A DNA stretch of 56,761 bases from Actinomycetota bacterium (lineage in GTDB: Bacteria > Actinomycetota > UBA4738 > HRBIN12), in the NCBI GenBank assembly GCA_035696925.1, contig DASSDW010000078.1:1-56761 (forward strand). The letters are read 5' to 3'. Both the position numbers and the translations under genes were made by a program. Numbering within the stretch: the first letter of the stretch is position 1; each line of letters begins with the position of its first letter. The notes under the pieces are model-generated. The model was given only the letters and a program-made list of their open reading frames with translations. It was not told the DNA's origin and did not search any database. Positions 27,412-35,824 of this stretch are shown here, piece after piece.

Positions 27412-28929
27412 CTACCGGAGATACGCCTCGATCACCGCGCGAACGATGGGTGCCGCGACCTGTCCTCCGGTGGCCTCACTGCCCAGGTCACCGCCGTCGA
27501 GGACGATAACCGAGACGGCGATCCGGGGAGGCTGTTGTCCCCCCGCGGGAGCGAACGCCGTGAACCACGCGTTCGGCGGCCGTCCCTCTCCGTTCGTGGC
27601 GGTGCCCGTCTTCCCCGCGACCTGGATCCCTGGGATCTGCGCGAGGAACCCGCTGCCCTCGTTCACCACCGAGATCATCATCTGGGTGAGCGCCGCGGCG
27701 GAGACGCCGCTGATCGCCGTTCCCACGCTCCTGGAGCCGAACTCCCGCGCCACCCGTCCCTGCGCGTCGCGGACCTCGGTCACGAGCCTCGGTTGCGGCA
27801 TCTCGCCGCCGTTCGCCACGGCGGAGGCGATCAGCGCCATCTGCAGCGGATTGACGAGGTCGTTGTCCAGGCCGATCCCCGAGAACGCGAGGAGAGGATC
27901 GTTCCGCTCGAAGTACTCCGGCTCCGGGAACCGGCCGTTCTCGAACGGGAGCTCGAACCGCACGAGCTGCTCGTCGCACGTGGTCCGATCGGGCGGGAGC
28001 GTCCCGCACAGGCCGTACGCGCGGGCTTGCTCGGCGAGCCGCTCGGGACCGAGCTCCAGCGCGATCTCGGCGAACGTCACGTTGCACGACTCCTCGAACG
28101 CCTCGATCATGGAGATCTGCGAGGACCCCCCGTTGCAGTGGTCGTCGCCGAAGTTCTGGAGCTGCTCGTTCGTGAGCGGGAGCGTCAGCCGGTGCGGGTT
28201 CGGCCACACGCTGTCCGGCCGGAAACGGTTCTCGAGGGCAGCCGAGGCCGTCACGATCTTGAAACTCGAGCCCGGCAGGAAGAGTTCCTGGTGCGAAAGG
28301 GCGAGGAGCGGCTTCTCCGGATCGGCGTTCAGCCGTTGCCAGGCGCGGCGCATCTCGTCGTCGCTCCCGCTCGAGAGCTCGCTCGGATCGAACCCCGGCG
28401 TCGAGTACAGCGCCAGGATGTCGCCGGTGGCGGGATCCATCGCCACCACGGCTCCCTCGTTGCTCCCGAGCGCAGCGCGGGCCGCCTCCTGGAGGTTGGG
28501 ATCGATCGTCACGAAGACGTTCGCGCCTCGCTTCTCGTTACCGCGGAGCAGATCGGTGAACGTGGAGATCGCGAGCTCGGGCGCCTCGCCCGAGAGGTAG
28601 GTGTTCATCGACTCCTCGAGCGCGGAACGACCGTAGATCCTCGAGTAGTAGCCGGTGATGTAGCCGTAGAGATCGCCCTGCGGGTAGCGACGCTCGAAGC
28701 GGTACCGCGAACCCTCGGGTGCCGGAACGCTCTCCGCGATGACCAGGCCGCCGGTCGTGATGATCTTGCCCCGCTCGACGTTGTACTCCGCGATCAGCTG
28801 ACGGCTGAAGTTGGCGGGGTTGGCCTTGATGTCGTCGGCCGCGAAGACCTGCACGTACGCGAGCTGCCCGAAGACGAGGGTGAACAGGACCACGAGCGCG
28901 ATCCCGAGGCGACGGATGCGCCGTTCCAT
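27412..28929 (-). CDS. pbpA: Penicillin-binding protein A (class B transpeptidase)
   Basis: SxxK (PGSSFKIV), SxN (ESCN) and KTG (AGKTGTA) motifs, with an N-terminal TM anchor. Confidence 0.9.
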   Translation of the reverse strand: MERRIRRLGIALVVLFTLVFGQLAYVQVFAADDIKANPANFSRQLIAEYNVERGKIITTGGLVIAESVPAPEGSRYRFERRYPQGDLYGYITGYYSRIYGRSALEESMNTYLSGEAPELAISTFTDLLRGNEKRGANVFVTIDPNLQEAARAALGSNEGAVVAMDPATGDILALYSTPGFDPSELSSGSDDEMRRAWQRLNADPEKPLLALSHQELFLPGSSFKIVTASAALENRFRPDSVWPNPHRLTLPLTNEQLQNFGDDHCNGGSSQISMIEAFEESCNVTFAEIALELGPERLAEQARAYGLCGTLPPDRTTCDEQLVRFELPFENGRFPEPEYFERNDPLLAFSGIGLDNDLVNPLQMALIASAVANGGEMPQPRLVTEVRDAQGRVAREFGSRSVGTAISGVSAAALTQMMISVVNEGSGFLAQIPGIQVAGKTGTATNGEGRPPNAWFTAFAPAGGQQPPRIAVSVIVLDGGDLGSEATGGQVAAPIVRAVIEAYLR

Positions 28930-30237
28930 CTAGGCGGGGCTCCTGGGCGCCGGCTGCCACGGGCCCGCGGAGATCCGCACCAGCAGGGCGATCATGATGA
29001 ACGTCGCCACACGGCTGGTCCCCCCGTACGAGACGAGCGGGAGCGGCACCCCCGTGAGGGGGATCAATCGCGTGACGCCCGCCGCGATCGTGAACGTCTG
29101 GAGCGCGATCGTCACGGTGAGCCCGGTCGCGAGGAGGCGTCCGAAGGCGTCCACCCGATCCAACGCGATGCGGAGCCCTCGACCGATCAGCCCGACGAAG
29201 AGCAGGAGGATCGCGGCCGTCCCGAGCATCCCGAGCTCCTCGCCGAACGCCGACAGGATGAAGTCGCTGGCGGGGAACGGGATCAGGTCGGGCGACCCGC
29301 GCCCGAGCCCCGTCCCCACGAGACCTCCGGACGCGAGCGCGAACCAGCTCTGCGCGAGCTGTCCGTAGCCGACGTCGTGCACCGTGGCGGGTTCGAGCGC
29401 GTGCAGCCAGTACGCCACGCGGTTCTGCACGTGGGCGAGCGCCACGTACCCGATCGCGCCGCCGGCCGCGAACAGGATCCCGCCGGCGAGGAGGTACCCG
29501 ATCCGCCCGCTCGCGACCCACAACATGACGACGAAGATCCCGAAGAAGAGCATCGAGGCTCCGAGGTCCCGCTCGAGGAACAGCACCGCGAGCGAGGCGC
29601 CCCACGCGAGGAGCAGCGGGCCCAGATCCTTGGCTCGAGGAAGTCCCAGCCGTCCGACGCCCGCCTCGAGGAGCTCGCGCTTCGCCGAGAGGTAGGAAGC
29701 GAGGAAGATGACGATCAGGATCCTCCCGAACTCGGCGGGTTGGAACGTGATCGGCCCGATGTCGGCCCACAGGCGCGCTCCGTTCCTCTCGAACCCCACT
29801 CCAGGCACGATCGGCAGAAGCAGCAAGCAGAGGCCGAGCAGTCCGATCGTGTAGGTGAAAGCGTCGAGGACGCGGTCGTCCCGGACGATCAGGAGCGTGA
29901 TCACGAACGCGGCCAGCCCGATCAGGAGCCAGAGCGCCTGCTCGTCGGCGACGTCGGAGGGGAGCAGCCGGTAGATCATCGCGAGGCCCAGCCCTCCCAG
30001 CATCCCCGCGATCGGGAGCAGCACGGGATCCGCCCGGGGTGCGACCCATCGCACGACAGCCCACGCCAGGAGGTACGCCCCGCCGAGGGTGAGCGCGTAG
30101 ACCACGATGTCGCTCGGGACCTCACCGCGCAGCCCGAGCCCGACCATGCCGTAGGCGGCGATCGACGCCACGAGGGAGACGAGCAAGAGCAGGAGACCGG
30201 TCTTCGGGCGCGACGTCGGGGCGGGGAGGGTGCTCAC
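28930..30237 (-). CDS. rodA: FtsW/RodA/SpoVE family peptidoglycan polymerase
   Basis: Polytopic membrane protein with the PLTGVPLPLVSYGGTS motif. GTG at 30237 overlaps the pstP stop. Confidence 0.9.
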   Translation of the reverse strand: MSTLPAPTSRPKTGLLLLLVSLVASIAAYGMVGLGLRGEVPSDIVVYALTLGGAYLLAWAVVRWVAPRADPVLLPIAGMLGGLGLAMIYRLLPSDVADEQALWLLIGLAAFVITLLIVRDDRVLDAFTYTIGLLGLCLLLLPIVPGVGFERNGARLWADIGPITFQPAEFGRILIVIFLASYLSAKRELLEAGVGRLGLPRAKDLGPLLLAWGASLAVLFLERDLGASMLFFGIFVVMLWVASGRIGYLLAGGILFAAGGAIGYVALAHVQNRVAYWLHALEPATVHDVGYGQLAQSWFALASGGLVGTGLGRGSPDLIPFPASDFILSAFGEELGMLGTAAILLLFVGLIGRGLRIALDRVDAFGRLLATGLTVTIALQTFTIAAGVTRLIPLTGVPLPLVSYGGTSRVATFIMIALLVRISAGPWQPAPRSPA

Positions 30238-31358
30238 GGGGTCCCGCCTCCATCGCCCTGGCCGTCCTGTGCGTCACGCTCGAACCGCTCGGCCCTCTGC
30301 AGGTCATCCGCCATCGATGCGATCAACTCGACACCCTCGCCACGGTCCTCCACCGGGATCCCGTCGTCGAAGCCCTCGTAGGTCCCGAGGTCCCGGACCT
30401 GGTCGGCTCGGACATCCTCGTGGATCTCGACGGCGTGACCGAGGTCGAAGCCGAGGACCGTGATGGGGATCCCCTGGAACACCGCGACGCTCCCGTCGGA
30501 CGGACCGACGTACCACTGGCGGTCGGCCCACCATCGGATGCCGAAGAGCACGACGAGCGCGATCAACAGGGTGAGGCCGGCGCGGAGCCCCCAGCGCCGA
30601 ACCGTGCTCGGTGAGGGTGCGGCGACCCGTCGGCTGGGCCGAGCGGGAGCCTCGTCGCCTTCGCCGACCGCCGCCAGCACGACGACCGAGATGTTGTCGA
30701 TCCCTCCTGCTCGGTTCGCCGCTTTCACGAGCCGGTCCGCGGCCTGTTGGGGCCCCTCGCTGTTCTCCAGGATCGCCTGGATCTGGTCCTCCGTCACCAT
30801 CCCGGTGAGGCCATCGCTGCAGAGCAGCAGTTGGTCGCCGTCGAGCAGCGCGATCGTGTCCTCGTCGACGTCGACCTCCTCGTCGGTCCCCAGCGAGCGG
30901 GTGAGGACGTTCTTGTGCGGGTGCACGTCCGCCTCCGCCTCCGTGATCTCGCCGGACCTCACCATCCGGCCCACGAGCGTGTGGTCGGTCGTGAGCTGGC
31001 GGAGCTTCCCCTCGCGGAGCAGGTAGGCGCGCGAGTCGCCGACGTGCGCGATCAGGGCGTTCGCGCCGTCGATCTGCGCGGCCGTGAGCGTCGTCCCCAT
31101 CCCGGAGAGACGCTCGTCCTCGACGGACCGATCCCAGATGGCGCGGTTGGCCGCGCGGACATGGTCCATGAGCGTGCCGCGGCCTTCGGAGGCGAGCTCC
31201 TCGATCGTCGCGAGCGCGAGCTGGGAAGCGACGTCTCCACCCCGGTGTCCGCCCATACCGTCGGCCACGATGTACAGGGGAGGGTCGATCAGTATCGAGT
31301 CATCGTTCTTCTCGCGGACACGGCCGATGTCCAACGCGGACCCCACCTCGATCCTCAC
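30234..31358 (-). CDS. pstP: PP2C-family Ser/Thr phosphatase with a TM and extracellular tail
   Basis: DIGRVREKNDDS, VADGMGGHRGGDVAS, LCSDGL, and a TM segment GLTLLIALVVLFGI. Confidence 0.9.
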   Translation of the reverse strand: MRIEVGSALDIGRVREKNDDSILIDPPLYIVADGMGGHRGGDVASQLALATIEELASEGRGTLMDHVRAANRAIWDRSVEDERLSGMGTTLTAAQIDGANALIAHVGDSRAYLLREGKLRQLTTDHTLVGRMVRSGEITEAEADVHPHKNVLTRSLGTDEEVDVDEDTIALLDGDQLLLCSDGLTGMVTEDQIQAILENSEGPQQAADRLVKAANRAGGIDNISVVVLAAVGEGDEAPARPSRRVAAPSPSTVRRWGLRAGLTLLIALVVLFGIRWWADRQWYVGPSDGSVAVFQGIPITVLGFDLGHAVEIHEDVRADQVRDLGTYEGFDDGIPVEDRGEGVELIASMADDLQRAERFERDAQDGQGDGGGTP

Positions 31359-31416
31359 GGCGGCGGCTCGTTCCTGGTGCCGATGGAGAGGCGCCGCGAT
31401 GGATGGCGCGCGCGGC

Positions 31417-31911
31417 TCATCGGCGCAGCTCCATGATCGTTTGGCCGACGCGCACCTTGTCGCCCGGCTGCAACATCGCCGGCGCGGCCAGCTTCTGGTC
31501 GTTCACGAACGTTCCGTTCGTGGACCCGAGATCCTCCACGAACCACGAGTTGTTCTTCGCGAAGAGCCGCGCGTGCTGCTGGGACGCATAGGTGTCGTCG
31601 ACGCGAAGCTCGCACTCCGGGCCGCGACCGATCGTCATGCTCGCGGAGAGCCGCACGGTGCGTGTCTTCGCGTCGGACTGGCCCTTCACCAGCAACGTCG
31701 ACGAGCCCGGCGGCAGGGTTGGTCCCGGTTCGCGCGTCCGCCGGCCGCCCCGGTCCGCGCCGGGCGCCGCCTCCGCGACCGACAGCCCGCGCACGACCCA
31801 GCGCATCGAGCGCCAGATGAACAGGAACAGGAGCGCGAACAGCCCGTACTTCAGCGCCGACAGCGCGAACGGCGTGATCGTATCGGCCAGTATGCCGGCG
31901 GCGGGTGACAC
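31417..31911 (-). CDS. fhaB: FHA-domain membrane protein (FhaB/FipA-like)
   Basis: N-terminal TM, and a C-terminal FHA domain (IGRGPECELRVDDTYASQQHARL...DLGSTNGTFVN). Confidence 0.85.
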   Translation of the reverse strand: MSPAAGILADTITPFALSALKYGLFALLFLFIWRSMRWVVRGLSVAEAAPGADRGGRRTREPGPTLPPGSSTLLVKGQSDAKTRTVRLSASMTIGRGPECELRVDDTYASQQHARLFAKNNSWFVEDLGSTNGTFVNDQKLAAPAMLQPGDKVRVGQTIMELRR

Positions 31912-31912
31912 G

Positions 31913-32593
31913 TCAGTCCCTCCGGAACTCGATCACGGTCGTGCCGATCGTGATCGTGTCGCCGTCGGAGAGCTCGCGGGATTGGACCGTCTGGCCGTTC
32001 AGGCGGGTCCCGTTCGTCGATCCGAGGTCCGTGAGCGTCCACGTGCCGTCGCGCCGCTTCAACTGGGCGTGCTTGCGGGACGCGCCTTTGTCCTTGAGCA
32101 CAACGTCGCAATCGGCGAGTCTTCCGATCGTCACGGTGTCGGACGAGAGCGCGACCATCCGCTCGCCGCCGTCCTCGCGGACGACCACGGATGCATGCCC
32201 TCCTCCGACACCGCCTCCCTCCTCGCCCTCCACCAGCGCCGCCACGCACGTCAGGTCGCCGCGCTTCAGCTTCTCGTCCACGAGGAAGGCCACCTCGGGC
32301 GGCCCGACGAGTCCCCAGCCGTGCTCGGCGGCCGACTCACGGACGACCCGGCGGAGCTCGGAGGCGATCGCGTCCTCGGCCTGCTCGTAGCGCGTCGCAT
32401 CCTCGGGGGACAGGGAGAGCTCGAAGTGGTTCGGGGCCCAGACCTCCGAGACGCCGACGCTCCGGCCGGCCTCCATCTCCCGCATGATCAGCTTCGCGAT
32501 CTCGACGGGTTGCACGCCGCTGCGGAAGGCCTTGGAGAACAGACCTTCGACGAGTCCACCGAGGCGTCGTTCGAAGTCGCGGAGGATCGGCAC
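31913..32593 (-). CDS. fhaA: FhaA-like protein (DUF3662 N-domain + FHA)
   Basis: MPILRDFERRLGGLVEGLFSKAF... and a C-terminal FHA domain (IGRLADCDVVLKDKGASRKHAQL...DLGSTNGTRLN). Confidence 0.85.
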   Translation of the reverse strand: MPILRDFERRLGGLVEGLFSKAFRSGVQPVEIAKLIMREMEAGRSVGVSEVWAPNHFELSLSPEDATRYEQAEDAIASELRRVVRESAAEHGWGLVGPPEVAFLVDEKLKRGDLTCVAALVEGEEGGGVGGGHASVVVREDGGERMVALSSDTVTIGRLADCDVVLKDKGASRKHAQLKRRDGTWTLTDLGSTNGTRLNGQTVQSRELSDGDTITIGTTVIEFRRD

Positions 32594-32637
32594 GATGTTC
32601 CGGTGAGCGCGTGGGTGGAACGCGCTCCGCGCCTATC

Positions 32638-32985
32638 CTACCGCCGGGGTTCCGGTTCCCCTTCGACGCCTCCGTCGGCAGCGACCGGGCTCGCCTCCAG
32701 CTCGGTCGAGCGCGGGTGCTCCCAGATCGGGCTCGCGAACCCGTACCGCTCGTCCGGGGGCAGCCGCCGCCAGCGCCATTCCTGGATCTCCCAGTAGGTC
32801 CGGCGCGCGAAGACGAGCACGAGGACCGCCAGGAGGAACCGGAGGGTCGCGCTCGGAGAGATCTGCAAGAGGCCGAGCGCCATGCCGGTCGCGGACGCGG
32901 CCACCCAGGCCGTCAGAGCCACGAAGCCGACCACCATCAGGTGACGCATCAACCCGTCGAAGTCGACGTTCGCCTTCGTGTTCAT
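32638..32985 (-). CDS. Hypothetical two-TM membrane protein
   Basis: ORF track; two hydrophobic helices; no motif recognised. Confidence 0.5.
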   Translation of the reverse strand: MNTKANVDFDGLMRHLMVVGFVALTAWVAASATGMALGLLQISPSATLRFLLAVLVLVFARRTYWEIQEWRWRRLPPDERYGFASPIWEHPRSTELEASPVAADGGVEGEPEPRR

Positions 32986-33093
32986 CCCGGAAGAGGTATC
33001 GACGCGGAACCGTCGAGAACTGGATAGGTCGGCGGTCGCAAGTCACGTGGTCCGGGTCCGCCCGAGGGCCACTGCTACGATGACCGGACGCTC

Positions 33094-33180
33094 GGGCGAG
33101 TGGCGGAATTGGCAGACGCGCACGGTTCAGGTCCGTGTCCGGTAACCCGGGTGGGGGTTCAACTCCCCCCTCGCCCACCA
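33094..33180 (+). tRNA. tRNA-Leu (anticodon CAG), CCA encoded
   Basis: Acceptor GGGCGAG/CTCGCCC, D-arm GGCGGAATTGGCAGACGC, anticodon stem CACGG/CCGTG with loop TTCAGGT (CAG at 33128-33130), a long variable arm, and T-arm GGGGGTTCAACTCCCCC. Confidence 0.9.
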
Positions 33181-33271
33181 GTCTCACGAAGTTTCCCTCT
33201 GGCGGAACCGAGGGACGGGGATTATCGTCCAACCCGTCTCCGCGGCCGACCGCGGGCGAGGGGGTGCCACC

Positions 33272-34726
33272 GTGTCGCGTCGCCGGTCTCCGTTCCTGCT
33301 CGGTCTCGTGGGGCTCTTCGTCCTTTCGAGCGCTCCCCCGGCTCCCGCGGCGCCGGAGGGTACCCCTCGTCTGGAACTGCGCGCCGCCGCGTCCCGCCTG
33401 GAGATCCCGCGGTACGGTCCCGGGCCGGTCTGGCTCGACCTCGGGGTCTCGCTCGCGGCGCTCGACGCACCGTTCGAGCTCCAGGTGCGACGCGATACCT
33501 ACGACGACCCGATCCGCGTCTGGCAGGCGTTCCATCGGCCCGGAGGCATCCAGCTCGCGGAGCTGCCGTCCGACATCCTCGAGGACTGGATCGGTCTGGA
33601 CCGGTTCCTCCGCATCGATCTGTATCAGGAGGGCACGCTCGTCCGGAGCCGCCTGACCGACGCCTGCCCGGGCGGTTATCAGTCGGAGCGGGTCGATGGC
33701 TCCGGCCCGTTCGACCCCACCTATCCCGCGGGCTGCGGGTTCAACCCGCTGACGCTCGGGGGGGTCTGGGGGATCGACGAGGGGTGGAGCAGCCAGCCAC
33801 TGCTCTGGAACGCCAACGTCCGCCTGCCCAACGGTCGCTACATCGCGAAGGTGTCCATCACGTCCCGCTACCGGACGCTCTTCGATATCGCCCCGGAAGA
33901 TGCCGCCGTACGGATCGCGATCCGGATCCGCAAGCGGTCCGGCTGCGATTTCTGCGGCGCTCCCGCCGCGCCTGAGGGAACCGCGTTCCGGCGAGCCCTG
34001 ACGCCGGCGCCGATCACGGCGTCGCCGGACGCCGCGACCGTGCCCGACCTCGTGGCCCTTCCCGCCTACGGCATCGTCACCAGTCGTGAGCGCGGTCGCG
34101 ACTACCTCCAGTTCGGCGCCGACGTGTGGAACCGAGGACCCGCCTCGTTGTTGGTGGAGGGATTCCGCGTCCCGGGCGAGGATCGGATGGATGCGTACCA
34201 GTACTTCGCGGAGGACGGCGTCATCGTGGGGCAGGCGTCCGTCGGCTCGTTCCATTTCGATCATCGAGACCAGCACCAGCACTGGCACTTCACGCAGTTC
34301 GCTCGCTACCGTCTCCTCGACGCCGCGAACGCCGCGATCCGAAGCAGGAAGCAGGCGTTCTGTCTGGCACCCACGGACCCGATCGATCTCACCGTTGCGG
34401 GCGCGGTCTGGCGACCGGAGCACATGGGCTTGAGCCAGTGCGGCTCCGCCACGTCCACCTGGATCCGGGAGATCCTCCCGACGGGATGGGGCGACACCTA
34501 CTACCAAGGGGTGCCGGGGCAGTCGTTCGATATCACGGATCTGCCGAACGGGACCTACTGGATCGAGGTGCGTGCCAATCCTGGTGGTCGGCTCTTCGAC
34601 GGCGATCCGACGAACGACGTCGAGCTGCGCGAGGTGATCCTCCGTGGGCGTCCGGGATCGCGCACGGTCGAGGCTCCGCCGTGGCACGGGATCGATACGG
34701 AAGGGTTCTTCGGGTTCGGACGCTGA
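33272..34726 (+). CDS. Secreted lysyl-oxidase-like copper amine oxidase
   Basis: Signal peptide MSRRRSPFLLGLVGLFVLSSAPPAPA. The C-terminal domain has HQHWH, RSRKQAFCL, GWGDTYYQG and FDITDLPNGTYWIEVRANP...DPTNDV, which match the animal LOX catalytic-domain landmarks recalled from memory. GAGGGGG lies upstream of the GTG start. Confidence 0.8.
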   Translation: MSRRRSPFLLGLVGLFVLSSAPPAPAAPEGTPRLELRAAASRLEIPRYGPGPVWLDLGVSLAALDAPFELQVRRDTYDDPIRVWQAFHRPGGIQLAELPSDILEDWIGLDRFLRIDLYQEGTLVRSRLTDACPGGYQSERVDGSGPFDPTYPAGCGFNPLTLGGVWGIDEGWSSQPLLWNANVRLPNGRYIAKVSITSRYRTLFDIAPEDAAVRIAIRIRKRSGCDFCGAPAAPEGTAFRRALTPAPITASPDAATVPDLVALPAYGIVTSRERGRDYLQFGADVWNRGPASLLVEGFRVPGEDRMDAYQYFAEDGVIVGQASVGSFHFDHRDQHQHWHFTQFARYRLLDAANAAIRSRKQAFCLAPTDPIDLTVAGAVWRPEHMGLSQCGSATSTWIREILPTGWGDTYYQGVPGQSFDITDLPNGTYWIEVRANPGGRLFDGDPTNDVELREVILRGRPGSRTVEAPPWHGIDTEGFFGFGR

Positions 34727-34790
34727 CCGTCTCGTCGGTCCGCCCGACCGAGCGGCGTATACTCGGGGCTTCCCGCGAAACCCCACGTAG

Positions 34791-35312
34791 ATGACGCTCT
34801 CCCCATCCATGGCCGCCCTGGTGCTCTCGCCCTCCACGCTGACGTTGGTCGCGCTCGTGGCCATCGGGCTCGCCGTCGTGGCGGTGCTGTACGCGATCGC
34901 GAACGCGGGGAAAGCCGGGGGTTCCGTCGGCGGTCGTGTCCGACTCGACGAGACCCTTCGGGGCATCCTCCAGGGGCAAGGGGAGCAGATGCAGCGGCTC
35001 GAACGCGCGATCCGCGCGCTCCATGCCACCGGCAAGAAGCAGCAGGCGGAGATCGAGGGGTCCGTCCGGAACGTGGCTCTGCTCCGCTACGACGCGTTCG
35101 AGGACGTCGGCGGCCGCCTCTCGTTCTCCTGCGCGCTCCTCGACGACCACGGTGACGGGGTCGTCCTGACGTCGATCAACGGCCGGCAGGAGACGCGTGT
35201 CTACGCGAAACAGGTCACCCAGGGCACGAGCTCGCACAATCTGTCCCTGGAAGAGGAAGAAGCGATCAGGCGTGCGATGGGGGGACGGCAAGCCGCCGTC
35301 GAGACCGGATGA
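34791..35312 (+). CDS. DUF4446 family protein
   Basis: N-terminal TM, a coiled segment, then VALLRYDAFEDVGGRLSFSCALLDDHGDGVVLTSINGRQETRVYAKQV...LSLEEEEAI, characteristic of DUF4446. Confidence 0.75.
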   Translation: MTLSPSMAALVLSPSTLTLVALVAIGLAVVAVLYAIANAGKAGGSVGGRVRLDETLRGILQGQGEQMQRLERAIRALHATGKKQQAEIEGSVRNVALLRYDAFEDVGGRLSFSCALLDDHGDGVVLTSINGRQETRVYAKQVTQGTSSHNLSLEEEEAIRRAMGGRQAAVETG

Positions 35313-35383
35313 TCCGGCGACGGAACGACGTGGAAGGTCCGGGCCTCAGCGGCGGCCCGGTCCCCGATGGAACGGAGGAAGGC

Positions 35384-35824
35384 ATGGCTGCAGAGAACGG
35401 AGAGGTCACGATCGTCGGCGCAGGGGCCAGGCTGGAGGGCAACGTCGTGTCTGCCGGGAACCTCAGGATCGACGGGCAGGTGAAGGGACAGATCAACGCG
35501 GAGGGCGACGTGGCGCTTTCGCCGCAGAGCCAGGTCGAGGCGGACATCCGCGCCCAGAACGTGAGTATCGCCGGGCGGTTCAAGGGCTCGATCCAGGTGA
35601 ACGGCAAGGCCCACCTGGCCCGCGGAGGCCGCATCGACGGCAACATCACTTCCAAGACGCTCGTGGTCGAGGAGGGCGGCGTGTTCCACGGGCAGAGCAT
35701 CATGGACGGCTCGGCTCCCACCGAGGCCGCTCGCTCTCAGGGTGGCACGCGGGCGAAGACGCCAGAGGACAGGGCAGAGAACGCGCAGGAGGAGCGGGAC
35801 GAACCGGAAGTGAAGGTCCCGTAG
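35384..35824 (+). CDS. Bactofilin (polymer-forming cytoskeletal protein, DUF583)
   Basis: Repetitive beta-helix pattern GARLEGNVVSAGNLRIDGQVKGQINAEGDVALSPQSQVEADIRAQNVSIAGRFKGSIQVNGKAHL and an acidic tail. The internal ATG at 35384 is preceded by GGAGGAAGG. Confidence 0.8.
   Translation: MAAENGEVTIVGAGARLEGNVVSAGNLRIDGQVKGQINAEGDVALSPQSQVEADIRAQNVSIAGRFKGSIQVNGKAHLARGGRIDGNITSKTLVVEEGGVFHGQSIMDGSAPTEAARSQGGTRAKTPEDRAENAQEERDEPEVKVP

Noticed and set aside
27259-30381. 1040-aa plus-strand ORF, the longest in the track
   Set aside because: It is antisense to pknB, pbpA and rodA, all of which have textbook motifs. Its translation is Arg/Glu/Asp/Pro/His-rich with no motif, start context or hydrophobic core. 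This is a typical high-GC shadow ORF.
33272-33361. Twin-arginine (Tat) signal on the lysyl-oxidase homologue
   Set aside because: SRRRSPFLL has the arginines, but the spacing does not fit the S/T-R-R-x-F-L-K consensus. I treat it as a generic signal peptide until it is tested with TatP/SignalP.
32633-35035. 800-aa minus-strand ORF
   Set aside because: It runs straight through tRNA-Leu and is antisense to the lysyl-oxidase homologue and DUF4446. Composition is Arg/Pro/Gly-rich. Shadow ORF.
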